The notes beneath the pieces are model-generated. The model was not told where the DNA came from. It worked only from the letters and a program-made list of their open reading frames with translations, and ran no database searches. A DNA stretch of 64,000 nt from Narcine bancroftii (taxonomy: Eukaryota), in the NCBI RefSeq assembly GCF_036971445.1, contig NC_091475.1:4278001-4342000 (forward strand), written 5' to 3'. Every line of letters begins with the position of its first letter. Position 1 is the stretch's first letter. Position numbers and translations under genes: made by a program. Positions 48,923 through 61,397 of the stretch are shown piece after piece.

Positions 48923-51900
48923 TGCTGCTCCCGGATCCGATTCTAGGCCCAAGCTGTCTTCCCCGAATTCACCTGAACCCACTTACTGCACTACATGCCA
49001 ATGGAAGGCGGCGGTGAGGAAACGACGCGAAAAGGCTCAGCAGCCATCTTACTGTGACCCAAATTCAAACTCAGCTCCATCATCATTGGAGGAGGTAGGA
49101 GGGCGGCCATCTTTCTGCGCCATGAGGTCGACGCCATCTTACCCACAAAGGGCAACCTAGGACCATGGGGGCCACTCAAATGAGGAGCATGGAGTCTCCA
49201 GGTCCTAGCCTTGATGGTCCTAGATCAGGACACACTTCACCAGCTCAGCAACTCCTTAGTGACTGTGAAGGTAAACGGACATTCCACTAAATGCCTAATC
49301 GACAAGGGCTTTACTGAAAGCTTCACAGACTGTGCAAAAATTCAACCTGAAGATGTATCCTTCCAATTACCACATATTCCTTGCATCTCATTCACATTCT
49401 ACACATGCTCAACAACATTGTATAGTACATCTGACGTTTGAAGAGGGCAAATACTGTAAATTTCACTTGAATATTGATGTGTTGTTGGGTCTGGACTTCC
49501 TGTGTCACCTTAAAAGCATGACCTTGGAGTATTCTGGTCCCCTCCCCCCTGTTTGGAATGGAGGGCCCCTAAAATCAGAACCTACATGCAGCCTCTCCAC
49601 ACTGAATATTGACACCCCCCGCTCCTCTCTTCCTGAATCTGTCCCCAGACTGCAAACCTATTGCTATCAAGAGCAGGAGGTACAGCACAGCAGATCGAGA
49701 TTTTATAAAGTCTGAGACACAACGTCTGCTTAATGAAGGTATCATTGAACCTAGCACCAGCCCGTGGAGAGCGCAAGTGGTAGTGGTAAAAGGGGAAAAC
49801 AAGTCCAGACTAGTAATTGACTATAGCTAAACTATTAATCGGTACACACTCCTGGACGCACACCCCCTCCCTCGAATTTCAGACATGGTGAATGATATTG
49901 CGCAGTATCGGGTCTATTCAACCATCGACCTGAAACCTGCTCATCACCAACTGCCAATCTGTTCCGAGGACCGTCCATATACAGCATTTGAGGCTAATGG
50001 TCATCTCTATCATTTCCGGAGAATCCCTTTCAGTATTTCTAATGGGGTTTCTATCTTCCAGAGGCAGATGGACAGAATGGTCAATGGGTTGAAGGCTACC
50101 TTCCCCGACCTCAATAATGTCACCATCTGTGGCCACACCTTGGAAGACCATGACGCCAACCTCCAGAGTTTTCGCCTAACTTATAACTCTGACAAGTGCA
50201 TGTTCAGGACTAAATGGCTGGTTATCCTGTGCTCCGTGGTGGAGAATGGCATAATTGGCCCCGATCCCGATAGGATGCGGCCCCCGTTAGAGCTTCCCAT
50301 CCCCAGGACCATAAAGACTTTGAGGAGATGCCTGAGGTTTTTCTCATATTACGTCCAGTGGATCCCTCAATCATTGATAAGGTTCGCCATCTCTTAAAAG
50401 CCACTAATTTCCTCCTCTGGCTGAAGGCCAAATGGCTTTTAACTATGTCCAGAATCACATTGCGAAAGCCGCCATGCACGCGGTGGATGAGAATGTACCT
50501 TTCCAAGTGGAAAGCGACACTTCAGAAGTGGTGGGCAGGGCGGTTTTATTTTTTTCTTGGACATTACAAGGCCACGAGCTCTGAAAGGAGGCTCAAGTCA
50601 TTGTCGAAGCCATGAGGAACTGGAGACACTACCTGGCTGGTAGAAGATTTACGCTCCTCACTGACCAGCGTTCGGTTGCATTCATGTTTAATGTCAAGAG
50701 GGGAAAAATCAAGAATGACAAGATTGCTAGGTGGAGGATTGAGCTCTCCACCTACAATTATAACATTACCTATCATTCAGGAGCCCTTCTGCACGCACTG
50801 GCCAACTGTGGTCTCTGCAATAATGAGCTCTGCCATCTAGGGGTCACCTACATGGCTCATTTTGTCAAGTCGTGCAGTCTGCCCTACTCAATAGAAGATG
50901 TCAGGGAAATGATCAGGTCTAGCCAGGTCTCCATGGAGTGCAACCCGCACTTCTACCACCCCGCACAGGCGCACCTGTTCAAGTTATCCAGGCCCTTCGA
51001 ATGGCTCAGTGTTGATTTTAATGGACCCCTCCACTCCACGAATGGGAACACCTTCCTCTCAATCACTGACGAGTACTCCTGCTTCCCGTTCATCATTCCA
51101 TGCTCTTACATGTCCACCTCGTCAGTCATAAAGGCCCTAGACTTAATTATTGCCCTCTTTGGGTATCCTGGCTATATTTATAGCAACTGGGGCTCATCGT
51201 TTGTGAGTGATGAGCTATGTCAATACCTGCTGGTGAGGGGCATCGCATCCAGTAGGACGACTGGCTACAACCCCCGGGGGATGGGCAGGTTGAAAAGGAG
51301 AACACCACTATCTGGAAGGTCGTCAAACTTGCTCTGAAGCAAGTCCTCCCCATCGTGCTCCACTCAATTCGGTCGCTACTCTGCACTGTGATCATGGCTA
51401 CTCCTCATGAGCTCCATGTTTACATTCGACAGAAGGTCGGCATCGGGAACTACATTTCCTTCTCAGGAAGCACATGAGAAGCAAGACCGACCCCTTGGTG
51501 GAAAGGCTGAAACTGCATATGCCAATTCCACGTGGAGTACCAGGATGGCAGGGAGGACACCGTCTCCATCAGGGACCTGGCACCCGCCGGAACAGAGGGT
51601 CTGTTGCCTCAAGTGCCTTGCAAGCCACGGAGCTCATTCTCATCACCCCAGTCTGGGCCTCAGGGTATCCGGTTCAGGAGGAAAGTGCATCCCCCTCCAG
51701 CCCGCCTCTCCTCCCTCACTTTGGTTGTTTTTCTGAACCCATGTTCCCTGTCTTCATTCACAGACGCTAAATTCTACAGGAAGGGGTGAATGCAGTGAAC
51801 TGGGATTCACTGGTAGTGTATTGTGCTGATGGCTCTGCCCCCATCTGCTCACATATAACCCCGCCTAAACCCAGAAACCTTCCGAAGACTAGTGTGAGAC

Positions 51901-51972
51901 TCTACCCTTAGTTAGAAGCTAATAAAAGTGTTCGTTCTCTCTCCAGTTGTGAGAACTTTTATTCATGCTACA
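48923..51972 (+). mobile_element. 5'-truncated degenerate Ty3/Gypsy LTR retrotransposon (PR-RT-RNaseH-INT, PPT, 3' LTR 51791-51972)
   Basis: CLIDKG (PR); GIIEPSTSPWRAQVVVV..RLVIDYS, STIDLK, TAFEA (RT); FTLLTDQRSV (RH); LSVDFNGPL..DEYS..YNPRG (INT); AGGAAGGGGTGAA then TG...CA LTR containing AATAAA. Confidence 0.92.
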
Positions 51973-52953
51973 AGTATCTACCATTTTTCAACAAGAAATA
52001 GAGGAGATAAAAGTGGCTCTGCATAATTTTAGTTAGGCCGCAAGTAGAAGTATTGTGTGCAGTTCATGACTTTACGGGAAGGATGTAGAGGCTTCGAAAA
52101 GGGCTTGGAAGAGATCTTTCCAGGATAATGCCTGCATTAGAGGGAGTGAGCTAAATGGAGATGTTGGCCAAATTTGTTATTTTTTTTCTGAATCTCTGAA
52201 ATTTTATAAAATTCTGAGAGGCATTAATAGAGGAGTCAGAATCTTTCTCTCAAGATAAAAATATCACAGAAGAGAGGTGAGGAGGGTTTTAAAGCAAATA
52301 TGGGTGGCAATTTCTTTACGCATGGTTTTGTTATTATTCTTTTAACATACATTTCTAAAATGTCAGGGGGGGTGAACTGTTTATAAATATAGCTGTGAAT
52401 TGGCAGTCTATCAAAAGGCCATCATGTTATACCAGGAGTGAAGCCTTATGATCCCCACCTGACACTCTGTCACATCTCATGAACTGCATTGCCTTATCTC
52501 CACGATAGCACCTGGACTTCCCACTCAATCTCCCTGTTGCACGACAAGACATCAGTAGAGATGGGAGTGAATGTGGGAAGCAGGCTGGACTGAGGGAGAG
52601 AGACAATTTGTCTTTCACTACTGTTTGACTTTGTATTAATGAGGAGAATTTTTTTTCAACCAGAGCATGGTGAATCAGGGGAATTCATTGCCACAATGGC
52701 TGTCAAGATCGTTATATTAAAATTGGAAGTTGATTGGTAAAGGAGATTTGAGGAATAGATCTGCCATTAACTAATTAAATGGCATTAACTGGATCTCTCC
52801 TGTTCTTTTTATGCATTTTTTGTTTTAGCTATGCTTTACACCCCATGAACTTACACCCCGGTATGTTTTGGTTAGGTACATGATTCGATTTGTTCACATC
52901 GTATTTGACTTAAAACTACAATACACAAAACTCAAATAGAACAAATTTCTGAC

Positions 52954-53280
52954 CAGCCACTTGTAGGAAGATATCCCTTTCTATCTTTCCATCCCTCGTG
53001 CTGACGTAACATTGATAGACTCCTTCGTCTGCTATGTTAATTTCTGTGAGTTGAAGGGATGCATTTCCGTTCATTATCTCATTGAGAAATAGGTTTGTTC
53101 TTCTCCTGTAGCGTTGACTTTGGTTGTTGAGCTGCTCCTTTTTTCGATAAAAACTATGAACAATGGTCAAATTTTTAGGAGTTTTATACATCCAGTGCAG
53201 CACTATTTCTGGTAACTGTGCTGATCCAAACCTGCATGGTAATATCACGTCCTTGGAAAGGATAGCTACGATGTTTGTTT
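52954..53280 (-). CDS. HHLA2: HHLA2-like exon, N-terminal B7-type IgV domain
   Basis: ttcttacAG|; TNIVAILSKDVILPCRF..VLHW..VHSFY..QSQRYRRRTNLFLNEIMNGNASLQL..DEGVYQCYVST..LQVA; G|GTCAGA; phase 1/1; B7-family motifs close to human HHLA2 domain 1. Confidence 0.92.
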
Positions 53281-53554
53281 CTGTAAGAAAAAAAGGCGGG
53301 ATTAAGTATGGCTTGTGAAAAACCTATAAAGCAAATCTCAAGCTACAAAAAAATGCCAAAAATCACAGGCAATTAATTCTCAGTGGAACATTATTTTTGA
53401 ATGGATATGGGCAAGGGGGAGTAGAACTTATTGGCTTAGCAACAATTGAGGTGGACTGAGAGAGTTATGATGTATCTCAGGGTTGTTTTGGTGATTGTAA
53501 GATACAAAAACCTTAAGGGCTGGTCAACAGATTTTTATGTGTTTCTGGTTCGGA

Positions 53555-54215
53555 TAGGAACAGAGAGATCTTGGGGTCCAGGTCCATCATTCACCCAAGG
53601 TTTCCATGGAAGTTGATAGGGTGCTTATGGTGTGTTGGTCATTAATCATTGGACTGTGTTTTGAGGTAACGTTGCAGCTCTATAAAACTCTGGTTAGACC
53701 GCACTTGGATTATTGCATTCATTTCTGTTCACCTCATTACAGGAAGGATTTAGATGCTCTGGAAAGGGTGCAGAAGAGATTTACCAGGATGTTGCCTGAA
53801 CAAGAGAACATGTCCTATGAAGCAAGATTGATAGAGCTAGGTCTTAATAGAGAGGTGATTTAATAGAGGTGTATAAGATTATGAGGAGCTTAGATAGAGT
53901 GGAGAGCCAGCACCATTTTCCTGGGGCAACCATGTCAAATAGCAGAGGACATCTGTTTAAGGTGAGTGGAGGAAAGTTTAGGGTAGATGAAAACTTTTTA
54001 CTCAGAGTGGTGGATGCCTGGAATGGAATGTCAGGGGCAGTGGTGGTGGCTGGCAGAATAGAAACATTGAAAAGACTCAGATAGCCACATGACTATAAGA
54101 AAAATGGGGAGTTAGAGATGGGGAAAAAGGAGAGTGTTATGGAGAATGTTTACATAGCTCGACACAGCATCGTGGGTGAAGGGCCTGCACTGTGCTGTAG
54201 TGTTTTAGGTTCTGT
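53555..54215 (+). mobile_element. CR1 3' fragment
   Basis: LYKTLVRPHLDYCIHFCSPHYRKD..LERVQKRFTRMLP plus 3' UTR. Confidence 0.85.
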
Positions 54216-54847
54216 GTTCAGTTATGCCTCCTCAACGCTAGTTATCTGCTCTGTGACCTGTTCTAATTGGCTGCTGTAATAAATAGTTTGGGATACTGAT
54301 GGCCTCAAAGTGCAATTGTTAGCACTCCAAATGCCAATACTGCCATCACCACGACTGATTTAAAGTGCCCCCTTTGGCTCACCAGATGACCTGACTGCTT
54401 CAGGTCGGGGTTGTTTCAATACTTGATTCACACCTTTTGATTCACACAGTTTGGGAGTTAACTTGGCAAAGTCTGAGTATGCATCATGTTAAATGCCAGA
54501 AGAGTTGAATAGATCGATTTTTATGTAGACAGGAGAAGAAATGTTCCTCCAACATCTCTCCAAAATAATCTGAGCCACCCTTCTTGTTGCATGACTGACA
54601 ACACCTCTTCCTGAGAGTGCCAAACCCCTCCTAAAACCTACAGCAAAAATCATGTTCTTCTGTTATAGAGATTCTTTAATAATTGTTCTAATAATTCTCT
54701 TTAGTGGGTTTATCGATGTGCCAGTTTTTCACTGTTTACATTTTCAAAACCATTAATAATTATGAAGTGTATTATGCTCTTAATTCACCTTTCAGATTTT
54801 GATCAAATTGACGTGTTCCTATACATTTCAATGGAATGGAATGTCAC

Positions 54848-54902
54848 CTGTTGCTGTTAGTTGAAACAATCCAAATGCGTAGTAGACTATTTGTTGTAAC
54901 AT
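54848..54902 (-). CDS. HHLA2: HHLA2-like start / signal-peptide exon
   Basis: ATG-MLQQIVYYAFGLFQLTAT then ACAG|GTGACA, a phase-1 donor that joins in frame to the IgV exon; hydrophobic leader. Its upstream acceptor or TSS is not resolved. Confidence 0.65.
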
Positions 54903-55649
54903 CTCTTTCAGCTCACAGGACTTTGCAATTGAATATATCATTACGCATGAAGATGCAAAGAATGCAGTTCTTTATCTCGTTTCTCATTGAGACATTCCAA
55001 AGTCAAATTTCTGTAATACAAATATATCACATCAAATAAAATGTAGTACAACAGGTTTTCACCTAAAGCACCACATGTGAACACATTGCCACTTTGTTTC
55101 AGATGAAGCAACTTCCAAAAACAAGGTCTAATCAAACAAACCAGGCCACAGCCACATTGGCCTGACATGCCTTGGGCCTGATTCTCACCACACTGACTGA
55201 TTTGCATAATCTCGCCTTTCAAAGGTTGACTGGGGCCTGTGTAAAATTTGACCTATGCACATTCAGTTAGGTTAGATATTAACTAAAGCTTTGCAAAACT
55301 GATCTTTTACATAAGAATATAAGAAATAGGAGCAGGAGTCGGCCATCTGCCTGATCAACTCCACCTAACTGCCTTTTCCCCAACGTGACTGCATGTTGTA
55401 AGAAATGTATGGAATAAAATGAGGGTATCCTGGAAAAAAAAGCAAGCTAATTCATAATGTCTCTGTTAACTCCAAACCCACAGTTATGTCTTGAAGGCTC
55501 ATTAGAGATGTCAATTTATTACAGACATTGCTAAACTCAAGAAGAAATTGCTTTCATCTGATAGACCCATCAGGCAAACTAGTCTTCCCTGTCCTCCGCA
55601 CCAGCTGTCAGTCTCCCTCCCATCATCATTCGCGCTCCCCCGTACCATG

Positions 55650-56325
55650 CGGCAGCCGACCACTCTCCTCTCTCCCCAACTGTAGCCAACCTCACTCTTC
55701 TCCGCCCATGGCAGCTGACCCCTCTCCTCTCCCCCTCCACTGCAGCTGACCCCTCTCCTCTCCCCCCCTGCAACCAACCCCCCTCCTCTCCCCCACTGCA
55801 ACCGACCCCTCTCCTCTCTCCCCCTGCAACCAACCCCCCTCCTCTCCCCCACTGCAACCGACCCCTCTCCTCTCCCCCCCCCCATAGCGGCCAACTCTTC
55901 CCCTCTACCCCCACGCAGCCGACCCCTCTCTCTCCCCCCCACAGCAGCTAACCCCTCTCCTCTCCCCCCCCCCGCAACCAATCCTCCTCCTCTTCCCCAC
56001 TGCAACCGACCCCTCTCCTCTACCGACTCCTCTCCTCTCCCCCCCCCCCCACAGCGGCCAACTCCTCCCCTCTACCCCCACGCAGCCTACCCTTCTCTTT
56101 CCCCCCCACAGCAGCCGACTCCTCTCCCCAACATAGCAGCCGACCCCTCCCCTCTCCCCCCGCGCAGCCAACCCTTCTCCTCCCCCCCACTGCAGCTAAC
56201 CCCTCTCCTCACCCCCCCTGCAGCTGACCCCCTCTCCTCTCCCCCCCCACTGCAGTGATCATGACATCCCCCCACACCACGCCCATGACCGACCTCTTTT
56301 CCCCCCCCCCCCCCCCCCCCGCCAA
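55650..56325. repeat. C/T-rich minisatellite, about 29-30 bp unit (GCAGCCGACCCCTCTCCTCTCCCCCC)
   Basis: About 20 tandem degenerate units; G-run-rich on the minus strand. Confidence 0.9.
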
Positions 56326-56737
56326 GGCAGCAACCTCACTCCACGCAGATTGTTGTCCCTGTCTCTCCTTCTTGTGGCAGCGGTTTCATCCCCCATTGCA
56401 CCCCGGGCCCTGGCAGCAATCCCTCTCTCCCCCGATCACTGCAGACACTTCAGCCGAAGGTTTCCCTGTGATGCCAGCATGTAAGTGCTAACATCACAGG
56501 AGTAATCGGGTCAGCCATTTTGCTGTTCAAGCCAGGTTTACACATCCTGGGTCAGTTTAACTAGGTTCCCTGACTACCTCCGAGGTAGGGCAGGGACTCG
56601 GTTGACTTTGGATGACGCTGACCGGGTTGGACCCTTTCAAGCTGCCTTGTGATTGGGGCACTAACCGGGCAAATTGCCCTGTTAACCCCATTTTACAAGG
56701 CAGCTTGAAAGGGCTTAATGACATATTTTAAACTCAC

Positions 56738-56774
56738 CCTCTTTTAAATGTGTCACAGTAGAATAATCGATTGT
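56738..56774 (-). other. Candidate 37-nt upstream exon of the HHLA2-like gene (5' UTR or alternative coding)
   Basis: Strong acceptor ttatttgcctttccAG and donor GG|GTGAGT in a non-repeat island between satellites. No transcript evidence. Confidence 0.35.
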
Positions 56775-56809
56775 CTGGAAAGGCAAATAAATTCAAAGGG
56801 AAAAGAGGA

Positions 56810-57012
56810 ACAGGTCCCAATGAGCTTAAAGGGAGTTGAGATCAGGTTCCATGTGTGGTTAGAGGGAGTTGGGACCGAGTCCCATGTGTTGTTAAAGGGT
56901 GTTGGGACCAGGTCCCATGTGTGGTTAAAGGGAGTTGGGACCGGGTCCCATGTGAGGTTAGAGGGAGTTGGGACCGGGTCCCATGAGGTTAAAGAGAGTT
57001 GGGACTGGGTCC
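56810..57012. repeat. 33-bp minisatellite with palindromic core TGGGACCNGGTCCCA; continues at 61853-61897
   Basis: Unit GTTAAAGGGAGTTGGGACCGGGTCCCATGTGTG, about 6 copies, with two more cores beyond the Gypsy element. Confidence 0.88.
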
Positions 57013-57146
57013 TGTTGTTGTGGCTTTCTGCCTACTGTAAATAAGGCCAGGTTTACACAGTTTTCAGGGAGCTTCAGCACTGTTTATTCATTGTTTAACG
57101 GTCCGCACACGAGGTTCTGCATCCACCATTACACAGGCATCACACA

Positions 57147-57695
57147 ACCCGCTTTCAGGTGCAATTGGTCCGAGAATGTGCCTGCGGAAGCGGCTGCGGG
57201 TGTGTTTGAATGGCAGAGCTAAAGGCACTGTTCTGGCACCTGAAAGGGCTGGCTAAAGGAGAAGCACCTCGGAGCGAATGCCGGCTCCTGTGGACTGTGG
57301 CCGTATCCTGCCCACTGTCGTGATGTCATTTGCAGTGCGTCGAGGCTGAAACAGAAAGGAACACAGGATCGTGGCGGGTCCAGAGCAGAGAAGAAATGCC
57401 TCTAACGTGCTGAAAAATATGACTGTACCGGTAATGCTGAGCCTGCACAGTCTCCATTTTTTCAAAAATCGTGCCAAAGCGTCTCCGCAACATCATCAGC
57501 CCACCCCCTAGCAGCCGCTGCTGCTTTCAGGTGCTTCGGGGGACTGCTTGGAACCGGGGACTATACCTCCCCGAGGAGGGTTGGGTAAGTACTCCTCGGG
57601 GCCGGGTTTTCTGCTTTCAGGTGGCCCCCTGACAACCGCGTTCAGGTCGAATAGGCGGCTTTACATTGGGGTATTCTGGCCACCTGAAAGCGACT
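57147..57695. mobile_element. PIF/Harbinger-like MITE inside the Gypsy 3' LTR
   Basis: TIRs ACCCGCTTTCAGGTG / CACCTGAAAGCGACT; several internal (C/T)TTCAGGTG and CACCTGAA motifs. Confidence 0.75.
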
Positions 57696-60600
57696 ATAGG
57701 CTGCCAGCCTCACTCTAGTTTCAGTGTTCCAATGTTTCAACATAAAAGCCTCCGGCTGCATTTCTAGTGGTTTCAAAATAAAGGGCCTGCTAATAGCAGC
57801 ATTAAACATTACATCTCCCTTCAACAACAAAAATGTCATGGTACAATCTTGTGCAGAACAAACCTTTTTTTTCCAATAGGTAAGTGTAACAAATCACATA
57901 GTATGTAGTATACAAGTCATAATGCAGGTAAATGCAACAGGTCACAACAGCTTTTTTTTCATAGGGCAGCATTCTTCGTACACCCTTTCAGTCATTTATA
58001 AGTCAAGGGCTTGCCTTGGCCTAATGGCACGACCATACCTTGTGTGGGGATATGGCCCAGAGTGATCAGGATGAGGTTGCTGTTCCCCTGGTTTGCCTTG
58101 TCCAGTGATGAGGTCGTCGCCTGGTCCAGTGATCAGGTTGTCCTCATTGATCTCAGGCTGCTGTAGGTCAGGTGTGGGCTTATCATCTCGGGTGTCAATA
58201 AGGTGCCGTCGGTGACACCTGAAGGTCTGTCTATCGCTGGTTTCGCTGTGATAGCAGCTTCATGGGGTTTTTACGGTTTGGATGATTGTTGCTGGTTTCC
58301 ACGTACCAGCTTCCTGCTGGAAGCAGATGTGTGCTCTGGCGTGTAGTGTTGACAGCGGCTGAGCAGACTTGTCATACTGTTGTTTCTGGCATCGCTGGCA
58401 GTTCTCTCTCCTTGCATGGTTCCCTGAGGGGCTACCTGAGGTTATAACAGTAGTGTTGTCGTTGGTAAGATAAAGCGCAGCCTGCGGCTCATCAGGATTT
58501 GGGCTGGAGATTTGAGGCCGTCGACTGCTGTGTTCCTATACTCCAGCAGGCTGAGGGATGGGTCTCTCTTGTCCTCTCTGGCCTTTGTGAGGATCCGCTT
58601 TGGACAGTCTTTTCGGCCAGCCCGTTGCTCTGGCGATAATGCGGGCTTGAAGTTTCATGCTGGAAACCCCATGACTCTGCAAACTGTTGGAATTCCCGTG
58701 AGTTTATTGTAACATGGCCCGATATCACTAACGACCATTTTTGGCATGCTGTGTCTAGCAAACACTGTTTTCATTTTGTGGATTACAGCGGCTGAAGTGA
58801 TGCAGTGCAGGCGTTCAATTTCAAAGTATCTGCTGAGGTAATCACATATGACGATGTAGTTCTCAGAGTTCCAGGCAAATCGATCTGTGTTACATCCTGC
58901 CAATGGGTTCTCTGGAATCGCTGGTGAGAGCATGGGTTCCTTGGTGTTGGTGTTGCGGTGTGTTTGGCATATGTTACACCTCATTACTGTTTCCTCTATC
59001 TGTTGACTCATGCCTGGCCAAAACATTATGTCCCTAGCCCTGTGTTTGCTTTTCTCCACTCTGAAATGTCCCATGTGTATGCGCTGAAGCATGTCTGTTC
59101 TGAGCTTCCATGGGATAATTACCTTCTCACCCTTTAGAAGGATTCCATCGATCTCTGTGATCTCATCACGATGGTTCCAGGATTCGCTGATTTGTGAGTG
59201 ACAAATTTTCCTCATCTTCGGCCAGCCTGACCAAATGACCTGCTTGAGGATGGACAGCTGCTCCTCCTGGGCTGTGGCTGCCTTGATGTCACCTAGCCGG
59301 TCTGCACTCACAGAACTGCCAGTGTGTACCTGTGTCTCCATAGCCTCGGATAGTGAACTGTCCTCATCATCCATGGATTTTCTTGACAGTGTGTCAACTA
59401 CCAGGATCTCTGCCTGGTCTGTGGATGAGTGTTATGCTGTATTTCTGCAGCGCGAGAATCAGGTGCTGTAGACGTGGTGGCGTGAGGGCTAGTGGCTTGT
59501 GGAGTGTTGTCTCTAATGGCTTGTGGTCTGATTCCACAGTTATGCATCGCCTGTAGATGTATTCATGGAATCTCTTACACCCATATAGGACTGCATAGAG
59601 TTCCTTTTCAATTTGGGCATAGTTTTGCTCCATTTTATTAAGCAGCTTTGATGCATATGGAACCGGTCTGCCTTCCTGCATGATGGCTGCACCCAGGCCA
59701 TTTTTTTAAATATGTCCATTTGGAGAGTCACTTCCATTTCAGGATGGAAATAGGCTAACACTGGCCCCGGTTCCACTGTGATCAGGTCCTTCATCTGCTG
59801 AAATGCTTTCTGATGGGCTGCGTCCCATTTGAACTCTGTGTCACGTCTTAGCAGGAGTCTGAGTGGTGCACTCACCTTGGCCAGGTTGAGAGCGAATCTG
59901 CTGAGATAATTCATCATTCTAAGGACCGTCTCCAGCTCTGCCTCGTTTTCTGGCGGCTGTGTGTCCCTGACCTTGAAAGGGTCTGGTTTCAGGCCATCGG
60001 CTGTAAGTCTATGTCCGAAGTAGCTCACTTTGGACACACAGATCCGGCATTTGTCCGGGTTTAGCCACACCCCTCTCTGGTCCAGCTGAGCATGGCTCTG
60101 AGGTTACGCTCTTGTCTTTCCAAACACGATGATGTCGTCCTTTCCATGTTGTCTAACTCTGTTCTTAAGCGTTCTCTTAGGGTAAATGATACCCTCCATG
60201 GCGGGCAAACCACTGGTGCTACTCTAGGGTCTATCCTGGAACTGCACTCACCCTGGAATTCACCGATGCCTTTGAAAACATCTGCATTCTCACTCAGTAC
60301 TTTGCACTCTTCCTCACTGGTGTCAGTGACCACATACATCACCTCGATGAGACCCAGGGCTTTACACACTCTGTAGCCTAGGATGGGTGGGCTGTTGCAG
60401 TCTACAATCTAGAACTTCTGGGTGATTGACTTATTCTTGTATCTTCCTACCAGGTTGCAGTAGCCATTCACTTTCAGCAGATTCCCCCGTAGCCAAGTAG
60501 CTTACACTTGTCAGTCATTAGTGGTGTGCTGGGCATGAGCTTGTAAAAGTCTTTTGCAGGTATCTCGCTCGTTTGTGCTCCAGTATCCAATTTGAATGTC

Positions 60601-61044
60601 ATTTTTTTTATTCTGTAGTCCCAGACCTATGCCTGCATGCGCAGTATCCTCATCTTCCTTCTCTAATGTAACAGTGTCAACAAACAGCTCTGAGTCGAAA
60701 TCTTCATTCCCCTTTTCGACAGTGTGTACATCTCTGTGTCCTTTTCTGCTTGGAGTATGGGACTTTGATTGACAAGTCCTTGCAAAGTGGTTGAGTTTTC
60801 CTTTGCTGGGCATTCTAGCTTGTTGTGGTGTCCTTCACCCGCACTACATGCTTTATTAAACGTCTTCAGGCTTTCGTTTTGCCTGCTGGCATTTCTTCCA
60901 GTGCCTGGCTTTCCTGCCTTGTGGTGCATTGCGTGCACTTCACTGCTATTGCTAGCCATGGCCTTGAGCCATGGACCTGCGCTAGCTCGTAGGAGTGGGG
61001 TAGATCAATTGCCTTATCTAGCGTGAGCTCCAGCCCCTGACTAT

Positions 61045-61397
61045 AGCCGCTTTCAGGTGGAATAGCTGGGAGAATGCAGCTCTGGAGCCGGCTGGAGGTG
61101 TGTGTGCGAAGTGACATTCAGGTGGCAGCGCTGAAGGCGCTGTTCTGGCACCTGAAAGGTCCTCAGTGGGGAGAGGCGCCATGGAGCAAACGCCGGCTCC
61201 TGTCAACTGTGGCCGTAGTCTCGCCTGCTTTCATCTGCCTGGGGGAGCACATGGAAGTGGAGAATACACCTACCCGAGGAGGGTTGGGTAAGTACTCCTC
61301 GGGTCAGGGTTCTCTACTTTCAGGTGGCCTCCCAACAGCCGCATTCAGGTATTTTAGGTAACTTTACGTTGGGTATTCTGGCAACTTGAAAGCCACT
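61045..61397. mobile_element. Second copy of the same Harbinger-like MITE, inside Gypsy gag
   Basis: TIRs AGCCGCTTTCAGGTGG / CAACTTGAAAGCCACT; flanks TAT/TAA. Removing it restores gag EKLV-SQGLELTLDKAI. Confidence 0.82.

Noticed and set aside
48991-49179. Repeated AAGATGGC(G/T)GC (YY1-like) motifs suggesting a promoter
   Set aside because: They fall within the gag-protease junction of the Gypsy remnant, so they are attributed to the element.
55511-56275. Gly/Arg/Glu-rich ORFs up to 164 aa
   Set aside because: These are translations of the C/T-rich satellite in several frames, with no splice or domain support.
56810-57012. CRISPR-like array (regular ~33-bp period with palindromic repeats)
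   Set aside because: The inter-palindrome segments are near-identical rather than unique spacers, there are no cas-like ORFs, and the context is vertebrate. It is a minisatellite.
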